NCBI GenBank assembly: GCA_963721525.1
Contig: CAVRJL010000015.1
Location: 157,890 to 221,889 of the forward strand
DNA: 64,000 nucleotides
Origin: an uncultured Negativicutes bacterium
GTDB lineage: Bacteria; Bacillota; Negativicutes; JBAXTZ01
Direction of reading: 5' to 3'
The notes beneath the pieces are model-generated. The model had not been told where the DNA came from. It saw nothing but the letters and a program-made list of their open reading frames with translations, and made no database searches. This document shows positions 1 to 10,988 of the stretch, in pieces (the first letter of the stretch is position 1; each line of letters opens with the position of its first letter). A program made the position numbers and the translations under genes.

Positions 1-7
1 ACCTATT

Positions 8-763
8 TTAATTAATTTCCCAGCTGCTAATTTTTTTCATTGTTTGATAATCATTAAAATCAAACTGCAAAGGAGTTATTGAAATTTTTCCTGCTCTTAA
101 AGCTTCTACATCACTTTTAGGCCGTTCCGAATCATTTATATCTATACCCCCCATCCAATAATATATTCTTCCTCTAGGATCTATCCTTCTTTCAAATGTA
201 TTTTTAAATCTATTTTCTCCAATAGTGGTTATACTGATACCATTAATAATATTTTTATTAGGGACATTTATATTTAATAGCAATGGTTTTTTTTCTTCTA
301 ATAATTTAAATAATAATTTAGACGCATATTTTGCCGCTATAGAAAAATCAGCTTCCTTTCCACCATTTATATCCATTGAAATAGCTAACGCTGGTAATCC
401 AAAATTTAAACCTTCAATAGCCGCTCCAACTGTACCCGAATACATTACATTTATTCCAAGGTTAGTGCCGTGATTTATTCCTGCAGCAACGATATTGGGT
501 TTATCATTTTTTAATAGTTCTACAAGACCCCAAATTATACAATCTGAAGGAGTGCCACTAGTTTGCCATGCTTTTACATTATTTGTTTTCATATCAAAAT
601 TATTAACGATTATAGGCTTATTCAAAGTTAAAGCTTGGCTTTGGGCACTTCTTTCCCTATCAGGAGCAACAACCGTTACTCGACCAATATTAGCCAGTTC
701 TTTTGCTAAAATACGTATTCCTTTTGCCGTTATACCATCATCATTTGTAACTAAAATATGCAC
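8..763 (-). CDS. surE: 5'/3'-nucleotidase SurE
   Basis: 251-aa ORF. N-terminal MHILVTNDDGI plus GINHGTNLG and YSGTVGAA motifs are typical of SurE. Confidence 0.9.
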   Translation of the reverse strand: MHILVTNDDGITAKGIRILAKELANIGRVTVVAPDRERSAQSQALTLNKPIIVNNFDMKTNNVKAWQTSGTPSDCIIWGLVELLKNDKPNIVAAGINHGTNLGINVMYSGTVGAAIEGLNFGLPALAISMDINGGKEADFSIAAKYASKLLFKLLEEKKPLLLNINVPNKNIINGISITTIGENRFKNTFERRIDPRGRIYYWMGGIDINDSERPKSDVEALRAGKISITPLQFDFNDYQTMKKISSWEIN

Positions 764-894
764 TATTTTTTCCCTTTATGCTTATTTGCCTAATAAATTT
801 TTACTTCTATCTATGATTGTATTGCTATCTAAATAACCAATAAAATTAATTGCTCATTGTTTACCAATTTTCGTAAATACTTTGCATCTATTTT

Positions 895-1791
895 TCAATT
901 TCCATTTCCATATTCCATTTTCATAAATATTTTTGGCAAACATTTGATAATATCTGACGCTATAATATTATATTTCCCTATTTTTGACGCTTGCAAAGCA
1001 GCTTGAGAGTGTAAAAATACGCCAATTTTAGCGGCATCTTCAGGAAGTACTCCTTTAGATAGCATTGCCCCTATTATTCCCGTTAATATGTCCCCAGCTC
1101 CTAAAGTAGCATTTTTAGCATTAGAATAATTATTTACAAAAACTTCACTTTTTGGCGTACTGATAATAGTATTCGCGCCTTTTAAAACGACAATACAATT
1201 AAATTTTTTCGCGGTAAAAACAGCTTTTCCTATCCTGTCAGCTTCAATTTCTTTTACCGAACAATTTAAAAAACATGCCAATTCTCCATTATGCGGAGTT
1301 ATTATCACCGTTTTTTTCGTTGTTCTCAACAAATTCGGCCTATTACCGATAAGTACAATAGCATCTGCATCCAAAACTATAGGGACATAGAGAACATTCA
1401 ATAATTTTTCTAAGATAAATAGATTGGATATATTGCATTCTATACCTGGACCTATCGCAAAACTTTTTGCTTTTTTTTCAGCCTGGAGCATGATTTTAAC
1501 TTCAGAAGATAATATTTTATTTTTAAAAGTTTTTAATCCTTTTATTACTACTTCAGGACACAAAGTGGATAACTGTGGAAGTATATCAATACTTGTTAAT
1601 AATTTCACATACCCTGCCCCTGAATATAAAGCTGCATTTGCACATAATGCTGCAGCTCCACTACTATTAGAACTTCCCGCCCATATTACAATGCTACCTC
1701 GATTATATTTATAAGTATCTTTATTTTCCTTGGGGAAAATTGCTTTCACTAATTTTTTACTCAACAATTTACCGTTCTTTTTAGTACTCAT
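895..1791 (-). CDS. nnrD: ADP-dependent NAD(P)H-hydrate dehydratase (YjeF C-terminal, carbohydrate-kinase-like domain only)
   Basis: 298-aa ORF with LGAGDILTGIIGAML near the C-terminus and an overall YjeF_C-like pattern. Confidence 0.8.
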   Translation of the reverse strand: MSTKKNGKLLSKKLVKAIFPKENKDTYKYNRGSIVIWAGSSNSSGAAALCANAALYSGAGYVKLLTSIDILPQLSTLCPEVVIKGLKTFKNKILSSEVKIMLQAEKKAKSFAIGPGIECNISNLFILEKLLNVLYVPIVLDADAIVLIGNRPNLLRTTKKTVIITPHNGELACFLNCSVKEIEADRIGKAVFTAKKFNCIVVLKGANTIISTPKSEVFVNNYSNAKNATLGAGDILTGIIGAMLSKGVLPEDAAKIGVFLHSQAALQASKIGKYNIIASDIIKCLPKIFMKMEYGNGN

Positions 1792-1959
1792 TTTATATTT
1801 CCTATATATAACAAATTATAAGTGAAACTAACGAATAACTATTCTAACTTATTAAGTATACCTTGAAAACAAGATAAGCTATATTATTTTTATAAAAATT
1901 TAGAAAGAGTTAATTGGCAACATTTATATATTTTAAATGAGAGATAAACATCTAAACGA

Positions 1960-3603
1960 TTAAAAAATTTTATTTTTTATTAATTTATATTTACTAAGTT
2001 TTCTTATTAAAATACTTCCTATTGTAGGGAAGCATTCAATCTCTTTTTCTGAAAATACGCCGATAAATAATATAGCTGGGATATAAATAAAAATACCTAT
2101 ACTTATTGCTATTAAACAAGAAGGAACTAGTTTGCCTGTTAAATAATATAATACGTTATAAATAGTCAGCGTGCTTATGCCCATAATAATAGAAGTTCCA
2201 GTTATTTTTGCAGTTTTCTTAATATCAATGGCAAATCCAATATATTTATATACAAAAAAAACGTTTAATACAGCAGCTAACCCTATATCAATATTTGTTG
2301 CCCATGCAGCGCCTTTTATTCCTATTTTTGGCATAGCGGTAAATATCCAAGTTATTATTATTTTTATTACGGCTGAAATTATCATATTTATGAAAGGTAT
2401 TAAAGTTTTTCCCATACCTTGCAAAGCAGCGGTAGATACTTGTTGAATGCCAAGTAGAAATATCCCTATAGACGTAATAGCTATTGACCAACTTGCTCCT
2501 ACATCTTTATATAAAATAATACTTATAGGGGTGGCCAATAACCATAAACCGAAAAATGAAGGTATAGTAATTATATTTGAAATATTATAAGCTAAGGCAG
2601 TTTTCTCCTTAATATCCTTAACCTTTCCAAGGATTCGTGACTCGGAAAGTGCAGGCACTAAACTTGCAGATAAAGAATAGGTTAATATAGACACCCCGGC
2701 AATAACAGGCATTGCCATTCCTATTAAATAACCAAAAAGTTTTGTGGATTCTCTTACTGTAAATCCTGCGCATCTCAATCTAAATGGAACAATGAGAGAA
2801 TCAAGCTGAGCTACCATAGGTAACATTAAACTTGACAAAGCAACAGGAACAGCTAAAGCCCCTATTCTTTTTATTACTTTAAATGTCTTCTCTTTTTTAC
2901 TATTAATTTTCAAAATACCTAATTTTTTACTCTTAATAAAATAATAAAATATTAGTATAATAGTACCTACAACCGCACCTGGTAATGCTCCAAAATTTGC
3001 CCCTGCCGCACCTAACTCTACACTTTTATATATATGCATTCCTAGATATGCCGCTCCAAGCATTGATAATACTCGAAATATTTGTTCTCCGATCTGCGAA
3101 ATAGCATTTGGTATCATTTCTTGGAACCCTTGAAAATATCCTCTAAGAACCGCTTCAATTGTAACAAAAATTATTGCAGGTGATAAAATAACTATAGCAT
3201 AATAGGTTCTAGGATCTTGAATAATTCCAAGAGTTATTGCAAATTTTGCATAATAATACATCACAAAACTTAATAATGACCCCAAAATAAATAAAACTTT
3301 AAAAGAAATATTAAAAACGCGTTGCGCCTCTAAACTATCTCCTTGTGCGAGTTTTTCGGCAATAAGAATAGCTATCGCAGAAGGTATGCCTGCAGTCGAT
3401 ATTGATATCGCAACCAAATAGATAGCATATGCTATAGTAAACACACCCATACCTTCTGCGCCTATTACACGTGCTAAAATTATTTTACCGAAAGCTCCTA
3501 TAAGTTTAACCAATAAACCCGCACCAGTTAAAATTGTTGCTCCTTTTAAAAATTTTTCTCTACTCAAAATACAAACTTCCTTAAAAAAAGTTAAATTTAA
3601 CAT
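1960..3603 (-). CDS. MOP-superfamily flippase (polysaccharide biosynthesis protein, SpoVB/MurJ-like)
   Basis: 547-aa highly hydrophobic multi-pass ORF. N-terminal KGATILTGAGLLVKLIGAFGKIILARVIGAEGMG is typical of this family. Confidence 0.7.
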   Translation of the reverse strand: MLNLTFFKEVCILSREKFLKGATILTGAGLLVKLIGAFGKIILARVIGAEGMGVFTIAYAIYLVAISISTAGIPSAIAILIAEKLAQGDSLEAQRVFNISFKVLFILGSLLSFVMYYYAKFAITLGIIQDPRTYYAIVILSPAIIFVTIEAVLRGYFQGFQEMIPNAISQIGEQIFRVLSMLGAAYLGMHIYKSVELGAAGANFGALPGAVVGTIILIFYYFIKSKKLGILKINSKKEKTFKVIKRIGALAVPVALSSLMLPMVAQLDSLIVPFRLRCAGFTVRESTKLFGYLIGMAMPVIAGVSILTYSLSASLVPALSESRILGKVKDIKEKTALAYNISNIITIPSFFGLWLLATPISIILYKDVGASWSIAITSIGIFLLGIQQVSTAALQGMGKTLIPFINMIISAVIKIIITWIFTAMPKIGIKGAAWATNIDIGLAAVLNVFFVYKYIGFAIDIKKTAKITGTSIIMGISTLTIYNVLYYLTGKLVPSCLIAISIGIFIYIPAILFIGVFSEKEIECFPTIGSILIRKLSKYKLIKNKIF

Positions 3604-3706
3604 TTATTCCAATTATATTTTTATATAACATCCAGTATGTAGTCTGATTTCCTAATTTATTTGTTTTTAAATACAAGTTTATTATCACAAATAGCTGCTA
3701 CAATAC

Positions 3707-4125
3707 CTAGTTTGATTTATATAACAATAAATCAAACAACTTACTTGAAGCCTTACTTCTATGGCTTATCTCATTTTTTCTTTTAGCGTTAATTGGGACA
3801 TTGTTTTACCTAATTCAGGAATAAAAAATATTAAATCATATCCAAATCCAGCGCTGCCCAGTCTTTCACTTAAAATTAAACCTTCGCAACAGCCTTCAGT
3901 AACCAGAACAATTTACCAATGTTATCCCACGCAATAATGGTAACACATCGATAACGAGCAGTTCTTTTAATATCAGGGAAATTTTTCATCATCAATAACA
4001 ATTTCTGATCAGTTCCGGCAATGTGGTCAAAAAAATCCCAAGAGTGCCATTCAAAGCATCCACTTCTAATTTGCTATCATCCGCTAAACAAGGATTACCT
4101 ATTTTTTCAAAGTAATATTCAGCTT
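3707..4125 (-). pseudogene. rdgB: dITP/XTP pyrophosphatase RdgB remnant, 5'-truncated with at least 3 frameshifts
   Basis: Minus-strand translation directly downstream of rph gives KAEYYFEKIGNPCLADDSKLEVDALNG, then DIKRTARYRCVTIIAWDN, then SAGFGYDLIFFIPELGKTMSQLTLKEK and NEISHRSKA, spread over different frames. These match the RdgB/Ham1 motifs DDSGL, GFGYDPIF and SHR. One shift lies in an A6 run. About 60 N-terminal codons are missing. Confidence 0.7.
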
Positions 4126-4154
4126 TTAAATTTGAAATATTTTATAAGAAAATT

Positions 4155-4898
4155 TTAAAAACAAGCTCCAACTTGCCAAGCAGCTTCTCCCAGTACTTTT
4201 TTTTGTATTTCTATAATTTCACTAATGGCTTTTGCTCCGACTTGCAACATTTCTTGCAATTGATTATAAGTAAATGTTCCATTTTCGCCTGTGCCTTGAA
4301 CTTCTACAAAATCTCCTTTCCCAGTCATAATGAGGTTCATATCTACTACTGCTTTACTATCTTCCTCATAACATAAATCAACATATAATTCTCCATTAAC
4401 GATGCCAACTGAAATAGCAGCCAAAAAATCTATAATGGGGAAAAAAGATTTATCTGAGTTTTTATATAAATTATTCATGGCATCAACGAGAGCAATATAC
4501 GCGCCTGTTATTGCTGCTGTACGGGTTCCACCATCAGCTTGAATAACATCGCAATCTATCCAAACAGTTTTTTCGCCAAAAATATTAAGATTCATAATAC
4601 TACGTAATGAACGCCCTATAAGTCGCTGTATCTCATGTGTACGTCCTGTTATTTTTCCTTTACTTGCTTCCCTTTGCACTCTCATTTTCGTAGAACGAGG
4701 CAAAAGTGCATATTCTGCGGTAACCCATCCTTGCCCTTGTCCTTTTAACCATTGAGGAACTCTATCTTCAATAGTAGCAGAGCAAATAACTTTTGTATCT
4801 CCAAATTCTACCAAAACCGACCCTTCAGCATGTTTTAAATAATTGCGTAGAAATTTTATCTGTCTTTTGTGCGTATTTTGTCTTCCGTCAATTCTCAA
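4155..4898 (-). CDS. rph: Ribonuclease PH
   Basis: 247-aa ORF beginning MRIDGR, with [30 protein letters not shown] and [19 protein letters not shown]: RNase PH signatures. Confidence 0.92.
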   Translation of the reverse strand: MRIDGRQNTHKRQIKFLRNYLKHAEGSVLVEFGDTKVICSATIEDRVPQWLKGQGQGWVTAEYALLPRSTKMRVQREASKGKITGRTHEIQRLIGRSLRSIMNLNIFGEKTVWIDCDVIQADGGTRTAAITGAYIALVDAMNNLYKNSDKSFFPIIDFLAAISVGIVNGELYVDLCYEEDSKAVVDMNLIMTGKGDFVEVQGTGENGTFTYNQLQEMLQVGAKAISEIIEIQKKVLGEAAWQVGACF

Positions 4899-5562
4899 CG
4901 TTTATACCTTCCATAACCTGCCTAAAATTCTTTATAATACATATAGGCCTTTTCTCATTTGTATTACCAAAAGGATTATTTATCAAAATATCGGCTAATA
5001 AATTTTTTTTTATTTTTTTAGTTGCTGCAACAATCAAAGATCTTTTTAAATCATTTACATCGGCTATACAAACGCCAAAACAGTTCACTTTCTCTTTTAT
5101 TTTCTTAATCTCTTTTTCAGGATGATTAGGTCCATAAACAATGTATTTATCAAAAGGAGGACAAGTACCCGTAACATCATCAATTAAGCTTGCTTGTATA
5201 CCTGCTAGTTTATAAAATACTCCTTTTTGCCCGAATAGTTTCGCTATCGCTCCTGCTATCATAGCAAATAATACTCTCCATTTTCCTGCAGCATTAATAC
5301 AAGCTTGCATACCATAAATAGTTGACAAACTTCCTTCTTTCCCAATAAACCTGTTCAATAAACGAGCTAGCCAATATATTTTCATTTCTTCATACCTTAA
5401 TATTTTACCTTGAGTAATTGCTACTACGCTTTCAGCAATACAAATAACATCATCTTTTCCTACTTTCTCTTCAGTGTAAAATGCCACAATTTCAACAATA
5501 TCATCTTTAGAAGTAAATATCCTTGTATCTATTGCAATAATCTTTATTCTATTCATGTCCAT
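4888..5562 (-). CDS. Conserved hypothetical protein (possibly CofE/gamma-glutamyl-ligase-like; unverified)
   Basis: 224-aa ORF overlapping rph by 11 nt. Coding-like composition. The family assignment is only a weak recollection. Confidence 0.35.
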   Translation of the reverse strand: MDMNRIKIIAIDTRIFTSKDDIVEIVAFYTEEKVGKDDVICIAESVVAITQGKILRYEEMKIYWLARLLNRFIGKEGSLSTIYGMQACINAAGKWRVLFAMIAGAIAKLFGQKGVFYKLAGIQASLIDDVTGTCPPFDKYIVYGPNHPEKEIKKIKEKVNCFGVCIADVNDLKRSLIVAATKKIKKNLLADILINNPFGNTNEKRPICIIKNFRQVMEGINVEN

Positions 5563-5566
5563 CCTC

Positions 5567-6100
5567 TTATTTCAGTAAAGCTTTAGTTAATGCGCTGTTA
5601 ATTTCTTCGGTAGTAAATACAATACGCTCTTTATGTATATAATAATCTTTTCTAGAAACAGCTTGATAATAAATATCGATAGGTAAATCGGGCACTTGAC
5701 TTAAAACTGTCACTATGTTTTCTTGTTTAGAAATAAATTTTAAATTAATTATAATATCATCTCCTTCTCCGACATAAAAAACACTAGCGCACCAGTAATT
5801 ATCATTTCTAGGGTCATTTACTCGATACAAATTTGTATCTATTACTAATTTATTACATTGTTCATTAGGTAAATAATGTCTTGGAAAAACATCTATAAGA
5901 GATCCAAATTGCTTACCTCCATTATAAAATGGCACCGAACAAGTCATTTCGATATCATTATCGTTTTCTCGCACGACTTCTAAAGGAGTTCTTTTTTTTA
6001 TAAGGAATATAAATTTAGCCTCACCTTGTATTTTAACAAATAAATACCAACACAAACAAATGAATATAAATATTAAAATTGTAATTTGCATTGCTATCAT
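5567..6100 (-). CDS. Hypothetical single-pass membrane protein
   Basis: 177-aa ORF with an N-terminal hydrophobic helix (ITILIFIFICLCWYLFV). Tightly packed between murI and the next ORF. No family recognised. Confidence 0.4.
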   Translation of the reverse strand: MIAMQITILIFIFICLCWYLFVKIQGEAKFIFLIKKRTPLEVVRENDNDIEMTCSVPFYNGGKQFGSLIDVFPRHYLPNEQCNKLVIDTNLYRVNDPRNDNYWCASVFYVGEGDDIIINLKFISKQENIVTVLSQVPDLPIDIYYQAVSRKDYYIHKERIVFTTEEINSALTKALLK

Positions 6101-6107
6101 ATATACT

Positions 6108-6908
6108 CTACTCCTTAAAAACTTTCTTTTGTATCATAAACTTTGTATTCAAATACTTATTTGCAATTTTCCGTACTATATTTAAATTACCGCTAAAATA
6201 TAACTTTGTTTTACCATAGCTCCTCTTATAGCTTAATATTTTTTTTTGAGCTAAACTTTTAAAAACATCATTCGCTGTATCTATTGATGGATCAACAAAC
6301 CAAACTTTAGTATTAAAAAAATTTTTTAAGCTTTCTCTTATAAAAGAGTAGTGCGTACAAGCTAAAATGATCGTATCTACTTGCGCTTTAATTAATGGGT
6401 TTGTATATTTTGTAAGCAATTTTTTAAAGTTTGTATCCATTATTTTATTTTTATCAATTGAATCAGCCCATCCAGGGCATGCCTGTGAAAAAACACTTAT
6501 AGAGTTATCTGCTTTTTTTATTTCCTTTTCATGATACTCACCCATTATAGTTGCTTGTGTGCTTAGAATACCTATTTTTTTGTTTTTGGTCAAATCAACT
6601 GCCTGCTTTACTCCATTATTTACTCCAATTATTCCCACTTGCGAAAATTTTGTTCTCAAGCAATTTAAAGTGTTAATAGTTAAAGTATTACAAGCTAAAA
6701 CTATTAGCTTGCAGTTCTTAGAAAGTAAAAAGTCTGCAATTTCACAACCTATTTTTCTTAATTCGTTTTCTGGACGCGACCCAAATGGACATCTTGCACT
6801 ATCCCCAAAATAAATATAATCCTCATTTGGCATAAATTTTATTAGTTGATTTAATATATTAAATCCCCCTATTCCTGAATCTAATACTCCTATAGGTAAA
6901 TCCTTCAT
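6108..6908 (-). CDS. murI: Glutamate racemase
   Basis: 266-aa ORF with GVLDSGIGG, YFGDSARCPFG, LACNT and ILACTHY motifs, which contain the two catalytic Cys contexts. Confidence 0.9.
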   Translation of the reverse strand: MKDLPIGVLDSGIGGFNILNQLIKFMPNEDYIYFGDSARCPFGSRPENELRKIGCEIADFLLSKNCKLIVLACNTLTINTLNCLRTKFSQVGIIGVNNGVKQAVDLTKNKKIGILSTQATIMGEYHEKEIKKADNSISVFSQACPGWADSIDKNKIMDTNFKKLLTKYTNPLIKAQVDTIILACTHYSFIRESLKNFFNTKVWFVDPSIDTANDVFKSLAQKKILSYKRSYGKTKLYFSGNLNIVRKIANKYLNTKFMIQKKVFKE

Positions 6909-7804
6909 ATTATTTCTCTTTTCTTTTGTTAGCTATTTTTTAATGAATTCTCGCTTAAGTTCTACAAACAGATGTATTTAACATATTTAATAACAATTTT
7001 AATAATATCACGTCTTTAAAAAACGGCAACAATAAAAATTATTTTATTGTATCTTTTCTTTTAAATAACTACCAATAAACAACCATAAAATATCTTATAA
7101 CTGAAGTAAAAATACTCTAATCTTTTTATGAAAAAAAGTTAAGTTTATTTTTTTATAAACCTGTTTATACTTTAAATTCGAGTATTCCATCTAATAATAA
7201 AAATTTATGTTGTACAGTAAAAGCTACCGCATATGAGTATGAAGCTATTAATATTCTATATACAGTAAATTATCAGGATCATATCGATATAGATTATTAT
7301 TATTATGAATGATATTTCCCTCTAAAATATTCTATAATTAATATTCTAAAGGTAATTAAATCATAACTTGATCTACCTTGATCTACATTGTATAATTATG
7401 AAATTACTTAGATCCCTAGCAAAAACACTACCATTTATAAATAAATTATCCCCAGAAGATTTTTAAGCTGAAAGTTATTGGAAACAATTTTCTAATGAGC
7501 ATTTCAGCACAAACATCGAAATAATTTCTTATAGAACAATTATTTTCCATCAACTGTTCTTGCCTAATTAAAAATATTTCTGAAAAATTATCTATTTCTA
7601 TCTTTACTCTTTATCTCTAAACTGTGAAAAATTCAACTTCTTTTTATTCCACTAATATAAATTAAAAAGACGCTACTAATACTCCTTTATATTTATCCAT
7701 TAAAAATTTCCAATTTTTTTAATTTTTTATGAATAACTGAAACATTAATATAAAGAAAATATTTTTCTTCCACAAATAATTAGTCTTTTATAAATATAAA
7801 GTTT

Positions 7805-7880
7805 ATTTAAAGATCATAATTACCATTAATAACAGAAACAATTATATCCTCCAAATAACGAGTAATTATGATCTTTAAAT
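7805..7880. repeat. Perfect 19-bp inverted repeat (atttaaagatcataattac / gtaattatgatctttaaat) with a 38-nt spacer
   Basis: Read directly from the sequence: 7805-7823 is the exact reverse complement of 7862-7880. It lies inside a 1.44-kb ORF-free spacer. Confidence 0.9.
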
Positions 7881-8350
7881 TCAACCATTTTTAATAATTT
7901 ATTTTACTCTAACTTTTGATTTTAAGGTAATCAATCTTACTTTATTCAACAACACTACACGAAGTGTTCTCTGCTTTAAGATCATTTGGTATCGTTATTT
8001 TACTTGTCAAATAATTATCGGTTATTTATATTTTTTCTTAGCTATATATGAATTATTTTTCGTCTGTAAAATACTTTTACCGGACTTATTTTTACCAATG
8101 ATTGTATAAAATTATACATTGTTAATCCTAAGATTAATTACTTTTTAAGCACACATATACTTTTTTTAAAATGAAATAATTATATATTTTCTTATAATAT
8201 AATCATTTCGGAATTTTTCTTTTAACGACTACGATTTTCATATCCATATTCTTTAAATACTAAATTCACCAATAAAATATTAATAACAATGAAAATACTA
8301 TCTTTTGTTCTATTTGTTCTATTACTCAATACTTAACTTAAAAATTATTT

Positions 8351-8662
8351 TCAATTAATACTATTTAAATAAAACTTTATTATTTTCATTATTTGGTTTT
8401 TAGTTATTCCTTCAATTTTCACCAACTTATTTCTACTTATTTTACCTTTTATTATACTTACAAATTTTTTATGTATTTTAAGCAACTCAGATAAAAACTC
8501 ACAACAAGATTTATTGGCTTTTCCATTTACAGGTAATGATGACAAACTTATTTTTAGAGCATTGCCATACAAACCACAAATAGCATTTTTCTTCGAATTA
8601 GGCTGTAATTTTATTTTGAGTGTAACATATCTATCATATTCTTTTATTTGTAACATTATCAT
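8351..8662 (-). CDS. yggU: DUF167 family protein (YggU-like)
   Basis: 103-aa ORF. LKIKLQPNSKKNAI...ALKISLSSLPVNGKANK...FLSELL matches the YggU/DUF167 pattern. Confidence 0.7.
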   Translation of the reverse strand: MIMLQIKEYDRYVTLKIKLQPNSKKNAICGLYGNALKISLSSLPVNGKANKSCCEFLSELLKIHKKFVSIIKGKISRNKLVKIEGITKNQIMKIIKFYLNSIN

Positions 8663-8910
8663 AAACTAAAAAACTTACCTTTATATGTTTAGTTCTAATA
8701 AATTTACTATTAGCGTATAAATCAATATTTTTATATTATACAGAAATAATTTGCGCAATAATGAAAAATTAAGAATTAAAAAATTCGCTTATATTATATT
8801 TTTTAAAAAACAGTTTCAACTAAATTGCATAATTATGTTATTATATTATAATATATTTTTTTATTACTTCATAATAGCGTAAAATATTTTATCTAGTTGC
8901 CTTTATAAAT

Positions 8911-9393
8911 CTATTCCCATTCTTTACTTGTTTTAATATCAGTATTTTCAGGTACAAAAATAAAAGTAGTTGCACTTACTTTTTTTCCTGTTCCTCCAAT
9001 AGTATAAACAGCCCCACTCATGAAATCTAATATACGTCTAGATATATCTTTGGAAGTTTCAGAACAATCAATAATTACCTGTTGATTTTTTTTTATACAA
9101 TCTGCAGCTTTTTGCGCGTCTTCAAATTTTTCAGGTTGAATAACAACTAAATCTATATCTAACTTAGCGATATATTCTTGGAATTTTTCTTTTTTTGTGC
9201 CATACACATAATTTTCTTCTAAATTTTTTACATTTCTAGATTTATCAATGTTTTTCTTGTCATCCAAACGATTGAATAAATAAGGTAATGAAGTATCTTT
9301 TCCCTTTTCATTTTCTTCTTCAATATCTTCTAATCCCAGTATTTTCCATATTTTTTTAAACATTTGTATATACCTCCTAGAATCTAGCGCCAA
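8911..9393 (-). CDS. sepF: Cell division protein SepF
   Basis: 160-aa ORF. The C-terminal domain (VVIQPEKFEDAQKAADCIKKNQQVIIDCSETSKDISRRILDFMSGAVYTIGG) is SepF-like, and the gene is adjacent to yggS as in the ylmE-sepF arrangement. Confidence 0.8.
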   Translation of the reverse strand: MALDSRRYIQMFKKIWKILGLEDIEEENEKGKDTSLPYLFNRLDDKKNIDKSRNVKNLEENYVYGTKKEKFQEYIAKLDIDLVVIQPEKFEDAQKAADCIKKNQQVIIDCSETSKDISRRILDFMSGAVYTIGGTGKKVSATTFIFVPENTDIKTSKEWE

Positions 9394-10057
9394 AAATATT
9401 ACTACCTATCCTTACCATGTTCGATCCTTCTTCAATAGCTATTTGGAAATCGGAGGACATACCCATTGAAAGATAAGTAATATTATTATTTCCATAAATA
9501 TTTTTAAATTTTTGAAATAAGCTATTCATATCGCTAAAACACCGTCTTATTTCTTCAGGATTTTTTGTATAAGGTGCTATTGCCATTAATCCTTTTAGTT
9601 TTACATACTTTAAAAGTAGGATTTTTTCAATTAAATTTTCGCTTTTTTCTTTATCTATACCATATTTTTGTTTTTCGTTTCCAATATTTATTTGAATCAG
9701 TACTTCCTGAAGTTTGTTTATCTTTTCAGCTTCTCTATTTAATTTTAAAGCTAAATAATCGCTGTCTACAGATTGTATGCATCTAAAAATTTGTATAGCC
9801 TGTTTAACTTTATTTGTTTGCAAATGTCCTATTAAATGCCATTGCGTAGTTAAATTATTCTTTTCTTTTTTTAAAATTGCTTCCTGAACTTTGCTTTCAC
9901 CAAAAATATTTACACCAAGATTCATCGCTTCAATAATAGAAGATGTTGAATAATTTTTACTTACAGCAACTAATTGTACGTTTCCATTATCAATTTTTCG
10001 ATTATTATAAGCTTTTTCTATTTGTAAATAAATATTCTCTATCCTTTGTTTTAACAT
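9377..10057 (-). CDS. yggS: PLP-binding homeostasis protein YggS/YlmE
   Basis: 226-aa ORF with VQLVAVSKN, WHLIGHLQTNKVK and LSMGMSSDFQIAIEEGSNMVRIGSNIFG motifs. Confidence 0.85.
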   Translation of the reverse strand: MLKQRIENIYLQIEKAYNNRKIDNGNVQLVAVSKNYSTSSIIEAMNLGVNIFGESKVQEAILKKEKNNLTTQWHLIGHLQTNKVKQAIQIFRCIQSVDSDYLALKLNREAEKINKLQEVLIQINIGNEKQKYGIDKEKSENLIEKILLLKYVKLKGLMAIAPYTKNPEEIRRCFSDMNSLFQKFKNIYGNNNITYLSMGMSSDFQIAIEEGSNMVRIGSNIFGARF

Positions 10058-10443
10058 AATTATTTTAACAACCTTTTAGAAAAATTTTATTTTTTAAAAA
10101 AATAATTATTAAAAAGTGGCCTGTATCTTTTTACTCTTTTCTGCAAAAAATATTTCATTATTATAATAAATACATATATCTTCTTTTTATATATTTTTAT
10201 TATGTAGGCCTATATTTTTATAGTTATTCATTTATTTTAACAGTTTTTTATGCTTATCAACAATAATTTGTTCCTTATTCCCTATGTTAAATCCCATATT
10301 CTAGTTATCTAATCTATTTTTGTTTAAAAAACCTAAATAAGTGGATAATGCATTCTTTAAATTATATTTATTTAATAAATATAATTTGTCTAACCAACAA
10401 TTAACCCATACTTTTCTACATTGCATAACTTAAAAATCAAAAA

Positions 10444-10974
10444 TTAAATTTTCAATGAAAAATCAGCGTTTATTATCTTTCTTTTTAATAAGCTTTCTTG
10501 CACATCGATAATTTTTTGATTGCGAGATCCTCTATAAGCTAATTGTAAATCGCGTTCACTTTTTATGTATTTCCCATCTATAATCCAATCCGTAAATTGT
10601 AATAATTTTAATATAGAAATATCCTTTTCTCCTAATTTCAATAATTGTTCATAACAATAACCTGTATAAATTAATAAATTATATTTCTTATTGTTTTTAA
10701 TATAAGATGCTAAATTAAGCAACTTATACGCTTGTAAAAAAGGTTCTCCTCCCGAAAAAGTTACTCCACGTATTAATCTAGCTTTATCAATTATATTTAT
10801 AAGTTCTTTTTCTTGAAATTCCTGTCCACCTAATAAACTATGTGTATCCGGATTATGACAATTCGGACAATTATGTAAACAACCTTGAAAAAAAATAACC
10901 AATCTTAATCCTGGTCCATCAACTACACTTTCATTAACAATTCCTGATACTCTAATAAACATACTTCCCCACAT
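10444..10974 (-). CDS. nrdG: Anaerobic ribonucleotide reductase activating protein (radical SAM)
   Basis: 176-aa ORF with [26 protein letters not shown] (the CxxxCxxC cluster) and FSGGEP. Confidence 0.9.
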   Translation of the reverse strand: MWGSMFIRVSGIVNESVVDGPGLRLVIFFQGCLHNCPNCHNPDTHSLLGGQEFQEKELINIIDKARLIRGVTFSGGEPFLQAYKLLNLASYIKNNKKYNLLIYTGYCYEQLLKLGEKDISILKLLQFTDWIIDGKYIKSERDLQLAYRGSRNQKIIDVQESLLKRKIINADFSLKI

Positions 10975-10988
10975 AAATTATATCTTTA

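Noticed and set aside
6909-8350. Alternative genetic code (UGA or UAG as sense) as the explanation for the ORF-free spacers
   Set aside because: About 45 block-A genes are full length under the standard code, with Trp encoded by TGG. A recoded genome would break those ORFs.
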